Below are positions 59,270 to 64,000 of a DNA stretch of 64,000 nucleotides, one piece after another. The translations under genes and the position numbers were made by a program. Numbering within the stretch: position 1 is the stretch's first letter; every line of letters starts with the position of its first letter. The DNA comes from the human T2T-CHM13v2.0 reference genome, Homo sapiens: assembly GCF_009914755.1 (NCBI RefSeq), contig NC_060928.1; one strand, 5' to 3'. The notes under the pieces were generated by a model. The model was not told where the DNA came from. It did no database searches and saw only the letters and a list, made by a program, of their open reading frames with translations.

Positions 59270-60700
59270 TATAGAGTCAACTAATATTTCACAAGCACAC
59301 TAAGAAGACACAATGGGGAAAGGATAGTCTCCTCAATAAACAGTACTAGGAAAACTGGATTTCCACACACAAAAGGACAAAACTGGACCCTTATCTTATA
59401 CCATACATAAAAATCAACTCAAAATGGATAAAAGACCTAAACATAATACCCGAAACCATAAAGACTCCCAGAAGAGAACATAAGGGAAAAGTTCCTTAAC
59501 ACTGGCCTTGGCAATGATTTTTTGGATATGACGCCAAAAGCCTGGGTCATAAAAGCAAAAATTAATAAATGGGACTACATCAAACTACATCAAAACCTTT
59601 TCTGCACAGCAAAGAAAACAATCAACAAAATGAAATGGCAACCTATGAGACTGGGAAAAAGCATTTGCAAACCATATACCTAATATGGCGGTCACGATCC
59701 AAAATTTATAAAGAACTCATACAACTCAATAGTAGAAAAATAAATAACCTGATAAAAAATGAATAAGTCACCTGGATAGACATTTTTCCTAAAGAAGACA
59801 TAAAAATGGCCAACAGATATATGAAAAGAAACTCAACATCAATTAATCATCAAGGAAATGCAAATTGAAATTAAAAGCACTATGAGGTACCACCTCACAC
59901 CCATTAGGAATGCTGTTGTCAAAAAAGTCAAGAGATAACAAATGTTGTTGAAGGTGTGGAGAAAAGGGAACGTTTGTACACTGTTGGTGGGAATATAGAC
60001 TGGTGTAGTCATTATGGAAAACAGTATGGAGGTTACCAAAGAAACTCAAAACAGAACTACTATAGGAGCCAGCAATCCCTCTTCTGGGCATATACCCAAA
60101 GGAAATGAAATCACCATCTCATTAAGATATCTGCAGTGCCATGTTCATTGTAGGATTACTTACAATAGCCAAGATACGGAAACAACCTAAGTGTCCATCT
60201 ACAAAGGAACAGATAAAGAAACTGTGATATATTCATGCAACAGAATATTATTCTGCCTTAAAAAAGGGGATCTTGCCATTGGCCACAACATGGACGAACC
60301 TAGAAGATATTATGCTAAGTGGTATTATACCAGACACGGAAAGAAAAACACCACATGATCTCACTTATATGTGGAATCTTAAAAAAAAATTTAATATCAA
60401 ACATACAGAGATAGAGAATAAAACAGTGGAATGGAATGGGGGAGGTGGGGAAATATAGGTTCAGAGGATACAAAGTAGCAGATATGTAGGATGAACAAGA
60501 CTAGGAATCTAACGAACTGTACTATATTTGGGATTCCTGATAAATGAACAGATTTTAGCTGCTCTTGGCACAAAAACAAAACAAAAAAAATGGGGAACTG
60601 TGAGATGATGGATATGTTAATTTGGTTCACTATAGTAATGATTTTACACTCTCTATGTATCATACCATAACATCATGTTGTACACCTTATAAATGATTTT
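59270..60700 (+). mobile_element. L1MA8/9-like element: 3' ORF2 region and 3' UTR
   Basis: aaaatcaactcaaaatggat, ggtaccacctcacacccattaggaatg, ggatacaaagtagcagatatgtaggatgaacaag; interrupted by stops and frameshifts. Confidence 0.9.
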
Positions 60701-61811
60701 TTTAAATAATCTTTTTTATAAAAAGAAGAGGGTTCTCACCAATCCAAGTCACTCGCCAAGTGGGGTGGCCTGAGAGCCACAGGTTAAAGGCACCATTTGA
60801 TTTCTAGTAGTGAGCTTGACAATGAACGTGTTCACAGTGAAACCTAAAGGCTTACTGGCTAAGAAACTGTATTTAAAATTTTAAAATACAAAAGCAAAAA
60901 CTGGTTGAGCTCTAGTTTCAGTTCACCTATTTTATGCGCTAAAATTGTCTAACTTCAATATCCTGTTATAGATAACCAAAGCATATTTATTTAAATAATG
61001 TACCTCTCAATCTTTTTTGTCCACCAACTAACTTAACAGTAAAATAGGGAAAAGATGATAAAGACCTGGAAAAAGAACAAATGTAACTGGCACATACTCT
61101 GTGACAGGCCTCTTAGGCACTTTACATATGTTATTTCCTATAAGCCCCACAACAACCTTTCAAGGAGGCAATTACTATTTTCAGTCCTCTGGATGAAGAA
61201 AGCTGGGATGCATAAAGCTTAGGTCACTTGTCCAAGGTCACAGCTGGTGACAAAGCTAGGATATGCAGAAAGAACTGAAGGGCACCAAAACCTCAGTCCT
61301 ACCCCTAGACCATGGTACTCCCACAGGCCCTCCTGAGCTCTCCGAATGGAAACCAGGGACTCCCCAAGGTAAGCTACTTTTTGTCAGTGAGCTTAACATG
61401 TTCCTTGCGGAGGCTGCTGTTTTCTGCATTATTACTTCTGCAGGTCTCCCAGGACCCAGTTGGATACAGAACCACCACTGCTGCTGTTACAGCAACTGTC
61501 TGAAAAACACAGGATAGCCCTAGGCAGGGTAGAAGAGTCTGGGTAGAGAGAGAGAGGGAGAGAGAGAGAGAAAACACACCCATGCACTCACACTAGCAAG
61601 TAGTTGTAAGAGGGTGTATGTTGAATGGCACAAGTAAAAATAGTAAAAATAACTGCAATAATGGAGAAGTAAAGATAAATCTGAAAACATCTAGAACAGT
61701 GTTCGCATTTCTTTTCTGATGGGTGTGGTAGGAATATCAGTATCTAGAACATTAGTCCCCACTTTTTAGATTATTTGTATATTTGAAATATTTTGTTAAG
61801 AGTGAAATTGA

Positions 61812-62130
61812 GGCCAGGCAGTGGCTCAAGCTTGTAATCCAAGAACTTCGGGAGGCCAAGGCGGGAGGATCACTTGAGCCCGAACTTTGAGCCCAATCTT
61901 TGAGGAGTTTGAAACCATTCTGGGCAACACAGTGAGACTGCATCTCTACAAAAAAAAAAAAAATTGTTTTAATTAGCTGGATGTGATGGTGTGTGCCTGT
62001 CTTCCCAGTTACTCCGGGGGCTGAGGCAGGAAGACTGCTTGAACCCAGGAGTTCAAGGCTGCAATGAGCCATGATTGTGCCACTGCACTCCAGCCTGGGC
62101 AACAGAGCGAAACTCTCTCTCAAAAAAGAA
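61812..62130 (+). mobile_element. AluJ-like with a short internal duplication (ttgagccc)
   Basis: Dimeric Alu. Confidence 0.9.
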
Positions 62131-62200
62131 AAGAAGAGAGATCATTTATAGATACAGATATACAGATATCAGTATAGATAAAATAAATATACACATCTGG

Positions 62201-62490
62201 GGCCGGTCACAGTGGCTCATGCCTGTAATCCCAGCACTTTGGGAGGCCACGGCAGGTGGACTGCTTGAGCCCAGGAGTTTGAGACCAGCTTGGGCAAGAT
62301 GGCAAAACCCTGTCTCTACCAAAAATACAAAAATTAGCCAGGCATGGTGGCATGCGCCTGTAGTCCCCGCTACGTGGGAGAATCGTCTGAGGATGGATGG
62401 CCACAGTGAGGTAAGATCATGTCACCGCACTCTAGCCTTGGTGACAGAGCAAGACCTTGCCTCAAAAAATAAAATAAAATAAAATAAATA
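62201..62490 (+). mobile_element. AluJ-like, full length
   Basis: Flanked by acacatctg repeats. Confidence 0.9.
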
Positions 62491-62769
62491 CACACATCTG
62501 AAAGGTTATCCAGACTATTAACTATTAACAATGAGACCTCTAGGGTATGGGAAGAGAGAACAGAGGAATTTGTACTGAATACTTAAAACAATTCTGTATA
62601 TTGAAGTAAGATAAAATCTAAGGAATACTCACTCACTCGTTTTTCTTTTTTTAATTTTTTCTTTTTTTATTTACGTAATATTGGATCACTCATAAGTTTT
62701 CAGTGGTTAATTACTACAGTTTAAGAAGACGTGTGATTTATTTTTAGATCTGACCCAGCAGATCATACC

Positions 62770-63660
62770 TCTCCCTTGAATTACATGGTCTTCTTTTGGC
62801 TTCTAAGATGTCACACTCCTGTCTTAGTGGCCACTGCTCCTCAAGCCCCCTTTGCTAGCTCTTCCTCATCTGTCCAGCCCTAACCTGACCGTGCTATGTA
62901 AGTCTTCTCCGTCTTCACCCCCTCCCTGGGTGACCGTTATACTCCCAAACCTACAGGCCCCTCTCAGACCTCTGCCCTAAGCTCTAAACTCATAAGTCCA
63001 ACTGCCCAGTCCATATCACCACTAGGATGCTGATGAAACACCTCAAATGATGGTATCCATGGCTGAAATCCCCACCAAAACCAGCTCCATTCCATCTCCA
63101 TTCACAGCAGCCTCCTGCTTCCAGCTGCTCCGACTAAGATCCTCAGAATTGTCCTTGACTCCTCTCTTTCTATCACACCCCACATTCAGTCCATCAACAA
63201 ACCGTGCTGGCTCCACTTTGAACAAATATTCAGAATCCAGTCATTTCTTGCCACTTCCACTGCTCCTACCTGCATCCAGTTCTCCACATTCTCCCAAACC
63301 AGATTACCACACAAGAGCCTCGCCACAGGTCTCCCTGATCCACCTCAGCACCCCTAAAGTCTGTTCTCACCACAGCTGCCACAGGACCCTCATAAAATGT
63401 AAGTTAGATTGTTACCCTTGCCTGGAGCCTTCACATCTTCGTTGGCAGCAAAGTCAAGGCCCTTTCCGTGTCCTAAACAGCCCTACAGGTTGTTTTCCCA
63501 CCTTCAGCCCTACCCTTAGATCCTTCTGACTCCTCTGCTCCTCCTCCCCTCACTGATCCCATTCCCACCCTGCTGACATCCTCCACTCCTGGAATACCCC
63601 TTCCCGCCATATGCACAACCCAGGGGATCCTCCCTCAACTCTTTCAAGTCCTCTCCTCGA
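62770..63660 (+). mobile_element. L2 LINE fragment
   Basis: C-rich; ccttgactcctctctttctatcacaccccacattcagtccatcaacaa. Confidence 0.72.
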
Positions 63661-63677
63661 TTTAAAAATCACATCCC

Positions 63678-63999
<322 letters not shown>

Positions 64000-64000
64000 C

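Noticed and set aside
63047-63529. 160-aa Ser/Pro-rich ORF
   Set aside because: Lies in a C-rich decayed L2; no domain recognisable

Overview
This window is primate, most likely human, nuclear DNA. It is AT-rich and repeat-dense, with about 28 Alu elements or fragments, old L1/L2/MIR copies, MaLR and ERV solo LTRs, and hAT and Tigger DNA-transposon fossils. I found no credible protein-coding exon. The long ORFs are mostly antisense-Alu, L2, LTR or microsatellite artefacts, plus one decayed hAT transposase remnant. The + strand looks A-rich by eye, most Alus and L1s lie on +, and the best splice and poly(A) signals lie on the - strand. The window therefore looks like part of a long intron, or a lncRNA body, transcribed on the - strand; the host gene cannot be named from sequence alone. 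The most notable observations are: a TSD-flanked, tailless 5'-half tRNA-Gly(TCC) retrocopy (50252-50289); an old ~285-bp non-repeat local duplication (40949-42038); a 166-nt pure-purine (GGA)14(GAAGGA)3(GAA)25 tract; a ~65-bp templated copy 2.2 kb from its source; several candidate non-coding exons; and two CpG-retaining putative regulatory segments. I found no evidence for a new multi-gene system. Repeat family names come from my recall of consensus sequences, not from a RepeatMasker run, and boundaries are approximate unless a TSD is given.
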